NCBI GenBank assembly: GCA_964573885.1
Contig: CAZNLL010000001.1
Location: forward strand, 18,779 to 82,778
Source of the DNA: an uncultured Desulfobacteraceae bacterium
GTDB lineage: Bacteria; Desulfobacterota; DSM-4660; Desulfatiglandales; Desulfatiglandaceae
DNA: 64,000 nt
Direction: 5' to 3'
The translations under genes and the position numbers were made by a program. Of the stretch, positions 54,672 through 64,000 are shown piece by piece. Positions within the stretch are counted from its first letter, which is position 1; every line of letters begins with the position of its first letter. The notes beneath the pieces were generated by a model. It searched no databases. It was given only the letters and a program-made list of their open reading frames with translations, and had not been told where the DNA came from.

Positions 54672-55639
54672 TTATCAGACCGCGCAGACTCAGAAGGACC
54701 CCTGTTATCAGGGAAATGGTGAGGGAAACCAGACTCTCAGTAAAAGATTTTATCGCCCCCCTTTTCGTGAAGCACGGGCAGGGGATCAAGGATCCTATTT
54801 CCTCCTTGCCCGGCCAGCATCACTTCTCCCCGGATACCATCATCGAGGAAGTTGAGGAGCTGTGGGACTTGGGAATCCCGTCCATTATCCTTTTCGGCCT
54901 TCCGGACATGAAGGACGAGGTGGGAAGCCGCTCCTGGGCCGGGGACGGGGTCGTACAGAGGGCTGTTTCAGCCATAAAGGATCGGGTCCCGGATTTGGTG
55001 GTTATTACGGATGTCTGCCTTTGTGAATACACCGATCACGGGCATTGCGGGGTAATCCGAAACGGGGATGTGGACAATGACGCCACCCTGGAACTGCTTG
55101 CCCGCCAAGCCGTTTCCCATGCCAGGGCCGGTGCCGATTTTGTGGCCCCCTCAGATATGATGGACGGCCGTGTGGCGGCCATCAGACAGGCCCTGGACGA
55201 AGAGAGGTATCCCAGTATAGGGATCTTGTCCTATGCGGTGAAATATGCCTCCGCCTTTTACGGACCTTTTCGGGATGCCGCCGATTCAGCACCCCAGTTT
55301 GGAGATCGGGGAGGCTACCAGATGGATCCTCCTAATGCATTGGAGGCCTTGAAAGAGGCTGAATTGGATATGGAAGAGGGGGCTGACATGATCATGGTGA
55401 AGCCTGCCACACCCTATCTGGACATCATCAGACGGGTCCGGGAACTGAGCCTCATTCCTTTGGCCGCCTATAACGTGAGCGGGGAATATGCCATGGTCAA
55501 GGCCGCTGATATGAAGGGCTGGATAGACGGAAAAAGGGTGATGATGGAGATGCTTACCTCCATTAAAAGGGCTGGAGCGGACCTGATCCTGACCTACTTT
55601 TCCAAAGAAGCCGCCCACGTCTTGAATGAAGCCTCTTAG
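54668..55639 (+). CDS. hemB: Porphobilinogen synthase (delta-aminolevulinate dehydratase), Zn-type
   Basis: 323 aa with [19 protein letters not shown]...DFI.PLFV, the cysteine-rich metal site [14 protein letters not shown], and a Schiff-base Lys context (MVKPA). Confidence 0.92.
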   Translation: MIIRPRRLRRTPVIREMVRETRLSVKDFIAPLFVKHGQGIKDPISSLPGQHHFSPDTIIEEVEELWDLGIPSIILFGLPDMKDEVGSRSWAGDGVVQRAVSAIKDRVPDLVVITDVCLCEYTDHGHCGVIRNGDVDNDATLELLARQAVSHARAGADFVAPSDMMDGRVAAIRQALDEERYPSIGILSYAVKYASAFYGPFRDAADSAPQFGDRGGYQMDPPNALEALKEAELDMEEGADMIMVKPATPYLDIIRRVRELSLIPLAAYNVSGEYAMVKAADMKGWIDGKRVMMEMLTSIKRAGADLILTYFSKEAAHVLNEAS

Positions 55640-55744
55640 GCTGATTACAGGAACCTGTGGGTCCCAATGAAACCCGAAAGGCAGAGAAGGATTTGAAACC
55701 GGATTGATTTCGCCGTCAAATCCCTATCATCTTATTCGCCTGTT

Positions 55745-56815
55745 ATGCCTAAAGAACATGCCCCTCAGAATTCATTGAGGCTGGTGGCCTGGGAGGTCAC
55801 CAGGAAATGCAATCTGAATTGCGTTCACTGCAGGGGGGGCTCTGAGAAAGGCCCTTACCCGGATGAACTGGATCTGGCCGAATGCCGCGCGATTTTGGAC
55901 CAGATCAGCGAAACAGGGAGTCCTATCGTTATCTTGACCGGGGGGGAGCCCCTTCTCAAGGAAGGCATTTTCGATCTGGCACACAGGGGCACCCTAAAAG
56001 GGCTGCGCATGGTCATGGCCACCAACGGGACCCTGCTTGCTCCGGCCGTGATCCGGGATATCAAGGACTGTGGAATAAAGCGGGTCAGTATTTCTCTGGA
56101 CGGGGCCGACGAAGACCAGCACGACCGTTTCAGGCAGGTCCCCGGGGCCTTCAAGAGGGCCGTCGAGGGCATCGGTCTGCTCCGGGAGGAAGGTGTGGAG
56201 TTTCAGATCAATACCACCATTACCCGCCATAACGTGCAAAACATGGATGCCATACTGGAATTGGCCGTGAACCTTGGGGCGGTGGCCCACCATGTCTTTC
56301 TCTTGGTGCCGACGGGCCGGGCCCGGGAGATGGTGAATCAGGAGATAGACGCCCAAGAATACGAAAGGGTGCTGAAGTGGTTTTATGGCATGAGAGACAA
56401 AGTCCCCCTTCACCTTAAGGCCACATGCGCTCCTCATTATTACAGGATTTTGCGGCAAGAGGCCCATGCCAAGGGGGATAGGGTAACTTATGAAACCTAC
56501 GGCCTTGACGCGGTGACCAGGGGATGTCTCGGAGGTACCGCATTCTGCTTTATCTCCCATGATGGAATCGTCCAGCCCTGCGGATACCTTGATTTAAAGT
56601 GTGGGGATCTAAGACGGGACACCTTTAAGGCCATTTGGGACGGCTCCGAGATCTTCGCCCGGCTCAGGGATTTTTCTTCTTACAAAGGGAAATGCGGAAG
56701 ATGTGAATATCTCAGGTTCTGCGGCGGGTGCAGGGCCAGGGCCTTTGAGGCCACGGGAGATTATCTGGCCGAAGAGCCCCTTTGCGCCTATCAACCTAAA
56801 TCCGGAACCCCATGA
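55745..56815 (+). CDS. Radical SAM/SPASM protein of the NirJ/AhbC/AhbD family, second copy
   Basis: CNLNCVHCR motif and C-terminal GKCGRCEYLRFCGGCRARA...CAY. It lies next to hemB and a siroheme-decarboxylase-like gene. Confidence 0.7.
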   Translation: MPKEHAPQNSLRLVAWEVTRKCNLNCVHCRGGSEKGPYPDELDLAECRAILDQISETGSPIVILTGGEPLLKEGIFDLAHRGTLKGLRMVMATNGTLLAPAVIRDIKDCGIKRVSISLDGADEDQHDRFRQVPGAFKRAVEGIGLLREEGVEFQINTTITRHNVQNMDAILELAVNLGAVAHHVFLLVPTGRAREMVNQEIDAQEYERVLKWFYGMRDKVPLHLKATCAPHYYRILRQEAHAKGDRVTYETYGLDAVTRGCLGGTAFCFISHDGIVQPCGYLDLKCGDLRRDTFKAIWDGSEIFARLRDFSSYKGKCGRCEYLRFCGGCRARAFEATGDYLAEEPLCAYQPKSGTP

Positions 56816-56834
56816 CCCCCCGGGAGCTCATGAC

Positions 56835-57281
56835 ATGGACGACGTGGACAGAAGAATCCTCAATGAGATTCAATCACAATTTCCAATTATGTCAAGGCCT
56901 TATCTCGGCTTGGCCCAGCGCCTGGGCCTGTCTGAAAGGGAGGTCATAGAGCGGATAAAAGGGCTTAAGGCACAGGGGATTATCAGGCGCATTGGGGGTA
57001 ATTTTCACTCCTCACGCCTGAATTTTACCAGCACCCTTTGTGCGGCGAAGGTCCCGGAAGGCAAAGTGGCCGAATTTGTCGAGCAGGTCAACCGTTATCC
57101 GGGGGTAACCCATAACTACTTGAGAAATCATGAATATAATGTATGGTTTACCTTTATCGCCGAGGACATGTCCGAGATTGATAAGGCCCTCAGGGAGGTC
57201 TCCGAGGCCACGGAGGTGAAAGAGATCTTGAATCTCCCCGCCGTCAGGACCTTTAAGATCAAGGTCGACTTTGAAGTCTAA
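56835..57281 (+). CDS. AsnC/Lrp-like siroheme decarboxylase subunit (AhbA/AhbB, NirD/G/H/L family)
   Basis: 148 aa from the ATG at 56835, with D.DRRILNEIQ..FPI..RPY..LA..LGLSE.EV..RI..L...GIIRRIG..F....L.F.STL.A. Confidence 0.7.
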   Translation: MDDVDRRILNEIQSQFPIMSRPYLGLAQRLGLSEREVIERIKGLKAQGIIRRIGGNFHSSRLNFTSTLCAAKVPEGKVAEFVEQVNRYPGVTHNYLRNHEYNVWFTFIAEDMSEIDKALREVSEATEVKEILNLPAVRTFKIKVDFEV

Positions 57282-57565
57282 TACCCCTCCTTCTCGTATC
57301 CGGCCAGGAAGGCTTCCTTTTCCTCTTCGCTCATCCTGCCCATGTCTACCAGGAGGTCAGCGATCCCATCCCTCCTGAGTTCGTCAATAGAAAGGATGGC
57401 ATCGTTTGGTTTGCCCTTGGCGTTATAAAAGGTGTAATGGAGCGTCAGTTCTGATTTCTTGAGCACCTTGACCGTGTTTCCGATGAGAATGAAATGATAG
57501 CTCAGGAGAGCATAAACCACAGCCGCCAAGATAACCCAGAAAATCCCTTTTTTAACGGCTGCCAT
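57278..57565 (-). CDS. Small hypothetical protein with one N-terminal transmembrane helix
   Basis: 95 aa. Hydrophobic segment IFWVILAAVVYALLSYHFILI followed by a charged C-terminal part. I recognise no family. Confidence 0.45.
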   Translation of the reverse strand: MAAVKKGIFWVILAAVVYALLSYHFILIGNTVKVLKKSELTLHYTFYNAKGKPNDAILSIDELRRDGIADLLVDMGRMSEEEKEAFLAGYEKEGY

Positions 57566-57696
57566 GAGGTTGCACCTGATAAAGTGTTTCGAAACGTTGT
57601 TTATGTAAAGGGTCTCATCCCACTTTGGGCTGTTGAAGACCTTTGATGCCCGTTTTAAGTCACCAAAAGATTAATCACTCAGGGGGTTCTTGTCAA

Positions 57697-59337
57697 TTAA
57701 AAGACCTCGCTTCCCCTGGCGATGGGATACCGCCTCCCAAAGCCGAAGGCCTTGGTGGTCAGCTTAAGTCCAGGAGGGGCCTGACGCCTTTTGTATTCAT
57801 TAAAGGCGATACGCCGGAGTACCCCTTGCACCATCCCGGGGTCATGACCCCGGGCAGCGATATCATCCGGCCCTAAATTGGACTCAATGGACGCGTCCAG
57901 GATGTCATCGAGAACCTCGTAGGGGGGAAGGGTGTCCTGATCGGTTTGCCCGGGCCGCAACTCGGCAGAGGGAGGTCTCGACAAGACCCGCTGTGGGATG
58001 ATTTCGTGATCCCTGTTGATATAGCGGCCCAGTCGGTAACAGAGGGTTTTGGGGACATCCGAGATCACGGCCAGCCCCCCACACATATCTCCGTATAGGG
58101 TGCAATACCCCACGGCCAGTTCGGACTTGTTCCCGGTGGCAAGGAGCAGGGCTTTGAACTTATTAGAAAGGGCCATGAGCAGATTCCCCCGGATGCGGGC
58201 TTGGATGTTTTCTTCAGTGACATCCGGCTCCAATTCATGAAAGAGGGGCGCCAGGGCCTTTTGGTAGGTGTCATAAAGGTCATGGATGGGGATCTCCCTG
58301 AAATCGATGCCAAGGTTTTCTGCCAAACGCCTGGCATCGTCACGGCTCATTCGGGAGGTATATGAAGAGGGCATACTCACACCCATGATATTCTCCGGGC
58401 CCAGGGCCTGTTGGGCAATAAAGGCCACCAAAGAGGAGTCCAGCCCCCCGCTCAGACCCAGGAGGGCCTTTTTAAATCCGCATTTGGAGGCGTAGTCCCG
58501 GGTACCCGTAATGAGGCCTTTTAAGAGGGCTTCCTCTTCAGGCAGCCAAGGATCCGTGATCTCTTCATAAGGGCGTTCCCTTTCCCAAATGAATAAATCA
58601 GGGCTAAATTGGTTGCCCATCCAAATGAGACGGCCCCTTTCGTCAACCACCATACTGGCCCCGTCAAAGAGGAGATCGTCATTGCCCCCGCTCTGGTTAC
58701 AATAGATCATGGGGACCCGGTATTTCCGCGCGATTGTTTTTAAGATTCCAAGCCTCAGGGGACCCTTTTTGAGACTGAAGGGTGAGGCCGAGAGGTTTAC
58801 GAGCATCTCGGCTCCCCGGGCCATAAGGTCCTTTACGGGGTCCAGGGCGTAGTGGGGCTTGCCGGAGAACTGAGCCGCATTCCAGATGTCTTCGCACAGG
58901 GTGACCCCCCATTTCCTCCCCCTCAGATCAAAGAGCAGACTTTCCGGGGCGGGTTCGAAATAGCGGGTCTCGTCGTAGACGTCATAGGTGGGCAAGAGCC
59001 GTTTACCCCCTTTGGCCTTGATGCGACCGTCGGCGATAAGGGCTGCATTGTTTGAGAGGGCCTTGCCCGTATTGGAGGGGCTCCAGTCCACATAGCCGCA
59101 GAGGATTGAGATCCCATGGACTCGGGAGGAGAGCTCATCGAGCTGGAAAAGGTTTTCCCGGACAAAGGAGGGTTTTTCAAGGAGATCCTGGGGCGGGTAT
59201 CCGGGAAGGGACATCTCCGGGAAGATGGCGAGTAGGGCACCCGCCTTTTTGGCCCGGTCCGCGGCCTGCGTGATCTGGGAGATGTTGTGTGTGAAGTCTC
59301 CCACGATAGGATTGGTCTGACAGATGGCGATTTTCAT
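57697..59337 (-). CDS. nadE: Glutamine-dependent NAD+ synthetase (N-terminal CN-hydrolase domain plus NAD synthetase domain)
   Basis: 546 aa with MKIAICQ.NP.VGD, FPEM.L.GYPP.DLL, LCEDIW and the SGGLDSS P-loop. Confidence 0.9.
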   Translation of the reverse strand: MKIAICQTNPIVGDFTHNISQITQAADRAKKAGALLAIFPEMSLPGYPPQDLLEKPSFVRENLFQLDELSSRVHGISILCGYVDWSPSNTGKALSNNAALIADGRIKAKGGKRLLPTYDVYDETRYFEPAPESLLFDLRGRKWGVTLCEDIWNAAQFSGKPHYALDPVKDLMARGAEMLVNLSASPFSLKKGPLRLGILKTIARKYRVPMIYCNQSGGNDDLLFDGASMVVDERGRLIWMGNQFSPDLFIWERERPYEEITDPWLPEEEALLKGLITGTRDYASKCGFKKALLGLSGGLDSSLVAFIAQQALGPENIMGVSMPSSYTSRMSRDDARRLAENLGIDFREIPIHDLYDTYQKALAPLFHELEPDVTEENIQARIRGNLLMALSNKFKALLLATGNKSELAVGYCTLYGDMCGGLAVISDVPKTLCYRLGRYINRDHEIIPQRVLSRPPSAELRPGQTDQDTLPPYEVLDDILDASIESNLGPDDIAARGHDPGMVQGVLRRIAFNEYKRRQAPPGLKLTTKAFGFGRRYPIARGSEVF

Positions 59338-59549
59338 GACTTACCTTACCTTGGATAACGGTTCATATCCGTCACCGGACAGGAAATAATGGGTCCAAAG
59401 GGCCTGGGTAAAGGCCTTGGTGCTTGACACCCCAGAGGCTTCATCTTTATACTCACCCCACGGGTGAACTCTCGGGAAGCAGAAGCCCGTAAGCCAGGGC
59501 GGCCACAAGGGCGGTCCCGGACTGGGTCCACATCAATGAGGGGGGTGCC

Positions 59550-60698
59550 GTGGGTACAAATAACATAATTTTCCTCGAGGTCATAGAGTGGTTTGATGAA
59601 ACGGGCCAGGAACTGGTCCACCGTATTCCTGAAGGGGGATCGGGAGAGATCAAATTTGGAGCTCAATTGACCATCCGTGAAAGCCAGGCCGGTGTCTTGT
59701 TTTACAAGGGCAAGGCCTGTGATGCCTTTGAGCCCGGCCGGCACACCCTTAGAACGGGCAATATTCCGGTTTTGACCAAGATCTTGGCCATCCCCTGGGC
59801 CATGAACAGCCCCCTTCGTGCCGAAGTATACATTACCAACATGAAGATCTTCCCCAACCTCAAGTGGGGGACCAGGGATCCTGTCGCCTTCAAGGACTCC
59901 GAACTGGGGTTGATACGACTTCGGGCCCATGGGGTCTTCAATATTCAAATCGTACAACCCGTCCTTTTTATCAACAGCCTGGTAGGCACCATGGGCAAGT
60001 ACACCACTCAAGAAATCGAGGAATACCTGAAGCGCGTTATTGTTTCTCGGTTTAATGATCACCTGGGTGAGAACCTGGACAGTCTATTGAACCTGCCGGG
60101 CCAATACGATGAGCTCTCTTTGGGCCTGCAAAAGCGTCTTAAAGAGGATTTCAAACACTTCGGCCTGAGCCTGAATAATCTCTACATTACTTCTATCACC
60201 CCCCCCCCGGAGGTACAACAGGCTATTGACGACAGGAGCCGTCTCAGCGTACTCACGGATCTGGACGGACTGGTGAAAATGAAGGCGGCCATGGCCATGG
60301 AAAAGGCCGCGGAATCTCCCGGAGAGGCCGGGGCAGGACTCGGGATGGGTATGGGATTCATGATGCCCGCCATGTTCTCTCAAATGTTTCAGCCCCAGAC
60401 CGGAGGCGGAGGACCGGCTCAAGGGGAAGGTGCTCCCGCACCCCAGCAGAATACCTGCCCGGATTGCGGAAAATCGATTCCCAGGGAGTCCAAGTTTTGC
60501 CCCCATTGCGGTCATCAGGTCCTGGTCTTTCGTCAATGCGCCAGCTGCGGCAAGAACCTTCCCCCCAATGCGAGGTTTTGTCCTAAATGCGGCCATCCGG
60601 CGGACGAAAAACCCCAGCCCATGGTTTGTCCCCATTGCAAAACCGAAAATCTTCCCGGTGCTTCCTTTTGCAATCAGTGCGGCGAGAGCCTCAAATAG
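59550..60698 (+). CDS. SPFH (Band 7, YdjI/COG4260-like) protein with three C-terminal zinc-ribbon motifs
   Basis: 382 aa from a GTG start. The N-terminus reads EVIEW.DE.G..LV.R.P......IK.GAQL.VRESQ.GV....G...D.F.PG.H.L.T.N.P.L. A Gly/Met-rich linker follows. The zinc ribbons are CPDCG..14..CPHCG, CASCG..CPKCG and CPHC..CNQCG (60456-60695). Confidence 0.7.
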   Translation: MGTNNIIFLEVIEWFDETGQELVHRIPEGGSGEIKFGAQLTIRESQAGVLFYKGKACDAFEPGRHTLRTGNIPVLTKILAIPWAMNSPLRAEVYITNMKIFPNLKWGTRDPVAFKDSELGLIRLRAHGVFNIQIVQPVLFINSLVGTMGKYTTQEIEEYLKRVIVSRFNDHLGENLDSLLNLPGQYDELSLGLQKRLKEDFKHFGLSLNNLYITSITPPPEVQQAIDDRSRLSVLTDLDGLVKMKAAMAMEKAAESPGEAGAGLGMGMGFMMPAMFSQMFQPQTGGGGPAQGEGAPAPQQNTCPDCGKSIPRESKFCPHCGHQVLVFRQCASCGKNLPPNARFCPKCGHPADEKPQPMVCPHCKTENLPGASFCNQCGESLK

Positions 60699-60721
60699 CA
60701 GGATGAGCGGAGCAAAGCAAG

Positions 60722-61951
60722 TTGGGTTTTACTGTTGAGCAAGATTGTCCACAATGCGGGGCCCCTATTGATATCGATGAAACCGACCGCGTGATGCGGT
60801 GCCCTTACTGCGATGTGAGGCACTTCCTTTTTGCCCCCACTTATTTCCGCTTTATGCTCCCCCACAAGACGACCGTAGATCAAGAGATCATCTATTCCCC
60901 ATACCTTCGCTTCAAGGGCAATGTCTATTACTGTCAAGGCTGGACCGTCGGTCATCGGGTCGTGGACATCACCCATGTGGGCCTTCATTTTCCGGGCATT
61001 CCCGTCTCCCTCGGGCTGAGGCCCCAGGCCATGAAGATGAGATTTGTGGACTCCTCCACCCCGGGTTCCTTTCTCAGGTTCACCCTCAAGGCGAGTGAGA
61101 TTGTAACGAGGGCCGGGGATCTGAGCTCGGCCACTGGAGCGGGAAAGCTCCTTCATCGGGCCTATATCGGCGAAACCCTGAGCCTCATTTACTTGCCCCT
61201 TTTCATCAAAGGCGACCGCCTCTTCGATGGCGTACTCAACAGGCCCCTGTCCAATATCCCCGAAGGAGAAGATATCCTCACCGCCTCGACCGTGAAAAAT
61301 CCCAGATGGAAGATCAGCTTTTTGCCCACCCTCTGCCCCCGGTGCGGGTGGAACCTGGAAGGGGAGAGGGACAGCATGGTGCTTACATGCAGCAACTGCG
61401 AGACGGCTTGGGAGGCCTCAAAAGGAAGGTTTATTCCTGTGAAGTTCTTAACCGTTCCAGGTCAAGGGCCAAATACGGTGTACCTCCCCTTCTGGAGGAC
61501 CGGCGCCAGGGCCAAGGGTGTGGAGATCAATTCCTTTGCCGATTTCATCCGGCTCACCAATCAGCCCCGGGTCGTAGGCAAGGAGTGGGAGAATGAGGAC
61601 ATGTATTTTTGGGCCCCGGCCTTTAAGATAAGACCCCGTATATTTTTGAATCTTTCCAGGCAGATGACCCTCTCCCAAAAACGCTTCGCAAAAGAAGAAA
61701 TGATCCCCAAAAAGGACCTCTATCCCGTAACCCTGCCCAGTGCGGAGGCGGCTCAGGCCATGAAACTCACCCTGGCTATGTCCACCATTAACAAGAAGGA
61801 CGTTTTTCCCGCCCTGCCCCGGATTACCTTCGAGGTCAAGGATTCAACCCTGGTTTATTTGCCCTTTACAGACACGGGTTATGAGATCATCCAGCAGCAT
61901 ATGCAGACGAGTATCAACAAAAACACCTTGGAATTCGGCCGAAAACTCTAA
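60722..61951 (+). CDS. Hypothetical protein with two zinc-ribbon-headed internal repeats
   Basis: 409 aa. The TTG start lies 9 nt after GGAG. CPQCG..12..CPYCD is at the N-terminus and CPRCG..12..CSNCE is at about residue 205. Each is followed by YxP(Y/F)(L/W)R and L(I/V)YLP(L/F) motifs. Confidence 0.55.
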   Translation: MGFTVEQDCPQCGAPIDIDETDRVMRCPYCDVRHFLFAPTYFRFMLPHKTTVDQEIIYSPYLRFKGNVYYCQGWTVGHRVVDITHVGLHFPGIPVSLGLRPQAMKMRFVDSSTPGSFLRFTLKASEIVTRAGDLSSATGAGKLLHRAYIGETLSLIYLPLFIKGDRLFDGVLNRPLSNIPEGEDILTASTVKNPRWKISFLPTLCPRCGWNLEGERDSMVLTCSNCETAWEASKGRFIPVKFLTVPGQGPNTVYLPFWRTGARAKGVEINSFADFIRLTNQPRVVGKEWENEDMYFWAPAFKIRPRIFLNLSRQMTLSQKRFAKEEMIPKKDLYPVTLPSAEAAQAMKLTLAMSTINKKDVFPALPRITFEVKDSTLVYLPFTDTGYEIIQQHMQTSINKNTLEFGRKL

Positions 61952-61977
61952 GCGCCAAGGATGAGGGAGGTGCGGTT

Positions 61978-62469
61978 ATGTCAGAAAAAGAGCGATTAAC
62001 AGGTAAAAGGGTATTGATTGTGGATGACGAGCCAGATGTGTTGGAAACCCTCGAAGAAGCGCTTTCCATGTGTGAAGTGGTCAAGGCCTCCACCTTTGAA
62101 GCGGCAAAGGCCCTGTTGGAAGGAGAGGTTTTTGATATAGCCGTCCTGGATATTATGGGGGTGGACGGCTATAAGCTCTTGGAAGTGGCCAAGAAGGCGG
62201 GGGTCATCCCTGTAATGCTGACCGCCCACGCCCTGAGCCCTGAACATACGGTCAAATCCTACAAGGAAGGGGCGGCTTCCTATGTCCCCAAAGACGAAAT
62301 GTCCAATATTACCGTGTACCTGAACGATATTTTGGAGGCCGAGGAAAAGGGAAAGAGCCTCTGGTGGCGCTGGTTGGAGAGGCTGGGGTCCTATTACAAC
62401 AAACAATTCGGCATTGACTGGCAGAAGCACGATAAGAGTTTTTGGGACTATTTCGGCTATTATATGTAA
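61978..62469 (+). CDS. Stand-alone response-regulator receiver protein (CheY-like) with a short C-terminal extension
   Basis: 163 aa with VLIVDDEPD, the phospho-acceptor context DIAVLDIMG, MLTAHA and YVPKD. Confidence 0.8.
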   Translation: MSEKERLTGKRVLIVDDEPDVLETLEEALSMCEVVKASTFEAAKALLEGEVFDIAVLDIMGVDGYKLLEVAKKAGVIPVMLTAHALSPEHTVKSYKEGAASYVPKDEMSNITVYLNDILEAEEKGKSLWWRWLERLGSYYNKQFGIDWQKHDKSFWDYFGYYM

Positions 62470-62488
62470 CCCTTGAGACCCCGGTCCC

Positions 62489-63367
62489 ATGAAGATACTT
62501 ATTTGCGGAGGGAAGGGACAACTGGGTCGGGACGCGGCCCTGGTATTGAGAGAAGCCCATGAGGTGGTCACCCGCGATTCCAGGGAACTGGATATTACCG
62601 AGCCCGGATGCGTGGACCGGGCCGTGCACGATATGGGGCCGGAGGTGATCCTCAACTGCGCCGCCTTCACCCGGGTGGACGCCTGTGAGACGGCCAGGGA
62701 AGAGGCGTGGAGAGTGAATGCAGAGGGGCCGGGGCATCTCGCCCGTACCGCCGAAAAGTACAGTGCCCGGTTGATCCATATTTCCACGGACTATGTCTTT
62801 GACGGGCGCAAAGGGGTGCCGGATCCCTATAAGGAGATGGATCCCCCAGTGCCCCTTTCTTATTACGGGATCACCAAGCTCCAAGGAGAGAGGGAGGTGG
62901 CCCGCTCCATGGGGCCCTACATGATTGTGCGCACCGCATGGCTCTACGGGATGGGGGGGCATAATTTCCTTAAGACCATGCTGGGCCTTGCCCTGAGAGA
63001 TCCTGAAAAGGAAATCCGTGTGGTCAATGACCAGTTCGGATCGCCCACGTGGTCGTACAGGCTGGCGTTACAGCTCCGTGCCCTGATCGAAGCAGGAGGC
63101 CGAGGCGTCTATCATGCCACTGCCGAAGGGTATTGCTCCTGGTATGATGTGGCCTCCTATTTCCTGAAAAAGATGGCGGTGCCCCACAGGGTGGTCCCCT
63201 GCGGAACAGAGGACTACCCCACACCGGCCCCCAGGCCCAGGAACGCTATCCTGGAAAACGGCCGTCTCAAAGAGGAGGGGATCCATGTCATGGTCCCATG
63301 GGAGGCGGATATTGACCGTTTTGTTGCCTCTTTTGGACGAGATCTGATAAGAGAAACAAAAGGTTAA
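62489..63367 (+). CDS. rfbD: dTDP-4-dehydrorhamnose reductase
   Basis: 292 aa with [27 protein letters not shown] and Y..TK..GE. Confidence 0.88.
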   Translation: MKILICGGKGQLGRDAALVLREAHEVVTRDSRELDITEPGCVDRAVHDMGPEVILNCAAFTRVDACETAREEAWRVNAEGPGHLARTAEKYSARLIHISTDYVFDGRKGVPDPYKEMDPPVPLSYYGITKLQGEREVARSMGPYMIVRTAWLYGMGGHNFLKTMLGLALRDPEKEIRVVNDQFGSPTWSYRLALQLRALIEAGGRGVYHATAEGYCSWYDVASYFLKKMAVPHRVVPCGTEDYPTPAPRPRNAILENGRLKEEGIHVMVPWEADIDRFVASFGRDLIRETKG

Positions 63368-63371
63368 GTTC

Positions 63372-64000
63372 ATGGAAAATCTTTTGGTCACAGGGGGGTG
63401 TGGCTTTATTGGTACAGGTTTTATCCGTTATCTCCTGGAGGAATCGGATTTCTCCGGGCGCGTCATAAATGTGGATAAACTGACCTATGCGGGCAACCCG
63501 GAAAACCTTTCCCATATTGAACGGGATTTCCCTGAGCGCTATATTTTTGTCAAGGCGGATATTTGCGATTCCGAAGCCATGGACCGCGCATTCAGGGACT
63601 ATACCATAGACGGCATCTGTCATCTTGCCGCTGAATCCCATGTGGACCGCTCCATCGCAGGTCCGCAAGCCTTTGTCCGGACCAATGTCTTGGGGACCTT
63701 TACCCTGCTGGAGCTGGCCCGGGCCCACCAGGGGCGATTGAAGCGCTTCCACCACATCAGTACCGATGAGGTATTTGGCAGTCTTGGCGAAGAGGGGTTT
63801 TTCTCCGAAGACAGTCCCTATCGCCCCAACAGCCCCTATTCGGCGACCAAGGCCGGCTCGGACCACCTGGTGAGGGCCTACCACAAGACCTACGGCCTGC
63901 CGGTCTCCATTTCCAATTGTTCCAACAACTACGGCCCCTACCAGTTTCCTGAAAAACTCATTCCCCTCTTCATCCTCAATGCCCTTGAAGGGAGGCCCCT
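63372..64000 (+). CDS. rfbB: dTDP-glucose 4,6-dehydratase, 3' end outside the window
   Basis: Hand translation gives [22 protein letters not shown]...[13 protein letters not shown]...[12 protein letters not shown]...STDEVFG...[17 protein letters not shown]. The frame is open to the window edge. Confidence 0.88.
   Translation, partial: MENLLVTGGCGFIGTGFIRYLLEESDFSGRVINVDKLTYAGNPENLSHIERDFPERYIFVKADICDSEAMDRAFRDYTIDGICHLAAESHVDRSIAGPQAFVRTNVLGTFTLLELARAHQGRLKRFHHISTDEVFGSLGEEGFFSEDSPYRPNSPYSATKAGSDHLVRAYHKTYGLPVSISNCSNNYGPYQFPEKLIPLFILNALEGRP

Noticed and set aside
59346-60062. A 238-aa minus-strand ORF overlapping the 5' part of the SPFH gene and the nadE-SPFH intergenic region
   Set aside because: The plus-strand frame has clear SPFH/YdjI-type motifs. 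The antisense product has no recognisable motif or RBS and would run into the nadE start region.
1-64000. Search for mobile elements, prophage genes, toxin-antitoxin pairs, restriction-modification systems or known defence systems
   Set aside because: I saw no transposase, integrase, recombinase, phage structural or terminal inverted-repeat signatures. The catabolic islands are bounded by ordinary genes, apart from the cNMP-domain fragment reported separately.

Overview
This is a chromosomal window from what looks like an anaerobic Deltaproteobacteria/Desulfobacterota-type bacterium. That assignment is inferred from gene content (benzoyl-CoA lower-pathway genes, alternative Ahb heme pathway), not from any search. 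About 60 protein genes are supported, and coding density is high. I recognised no rRNA, tRNA, CRISPR array, transposase, integrase or prophage genes. From left to right the window holds seven blocks. (1) A giant 5'-truncated surface protein (3-8387). (2) A catabolic island (8452-22697). It has a minus-strand operon (SDR, had, oah/bamA, dch). Diverging from it is an IclR regulator with two acyl-CoA dehydrogenases, a Liv-type ABC importer with a fused ATPase, and a CoA ligase. (3) A housekeeping block: rlpA, ihfA, coaD, rsmD, psd, tsaB, rseP, dxr, cdsA, uppS, frr, pyrH, tsf, rpsB. (4) A dGTPase-like HD protein, followed by a second Liv-type ABC operon that carries an embedded 642-aa AMP-ligase and a LEA_2-like lipoprotein. 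After it come another CoA ligase, recO and a thiolase. (5) purQ and a purS-purL fusion. (6) A ClpX-like AAA+ ATPase next to an alternative-heme cluster (radical SAM, hemB, radical SAM, ahbA/B-like). (7) nadE, an SPFH/zinc-ribbon gene pair with a receiver protein, and rfbD plus a partial rfbB. The points most worth follow-up are these. The giant protein contains a 551-bp perfectly identical internal repeat and ends in a CFIATAAYGS tail. The catabolic island lacks any ring reductase and carries a repeated TTTCA-N4-TGAAA palindrome. The ClpX paralog sits beside heme genes. The SPFH/zinc-ribbon module is uncharacterised. A 46-aa basic ORF has its own promoter, RBS and hairpin. All functional calls come from reading motifs by eye and none was confirmed by a database search.
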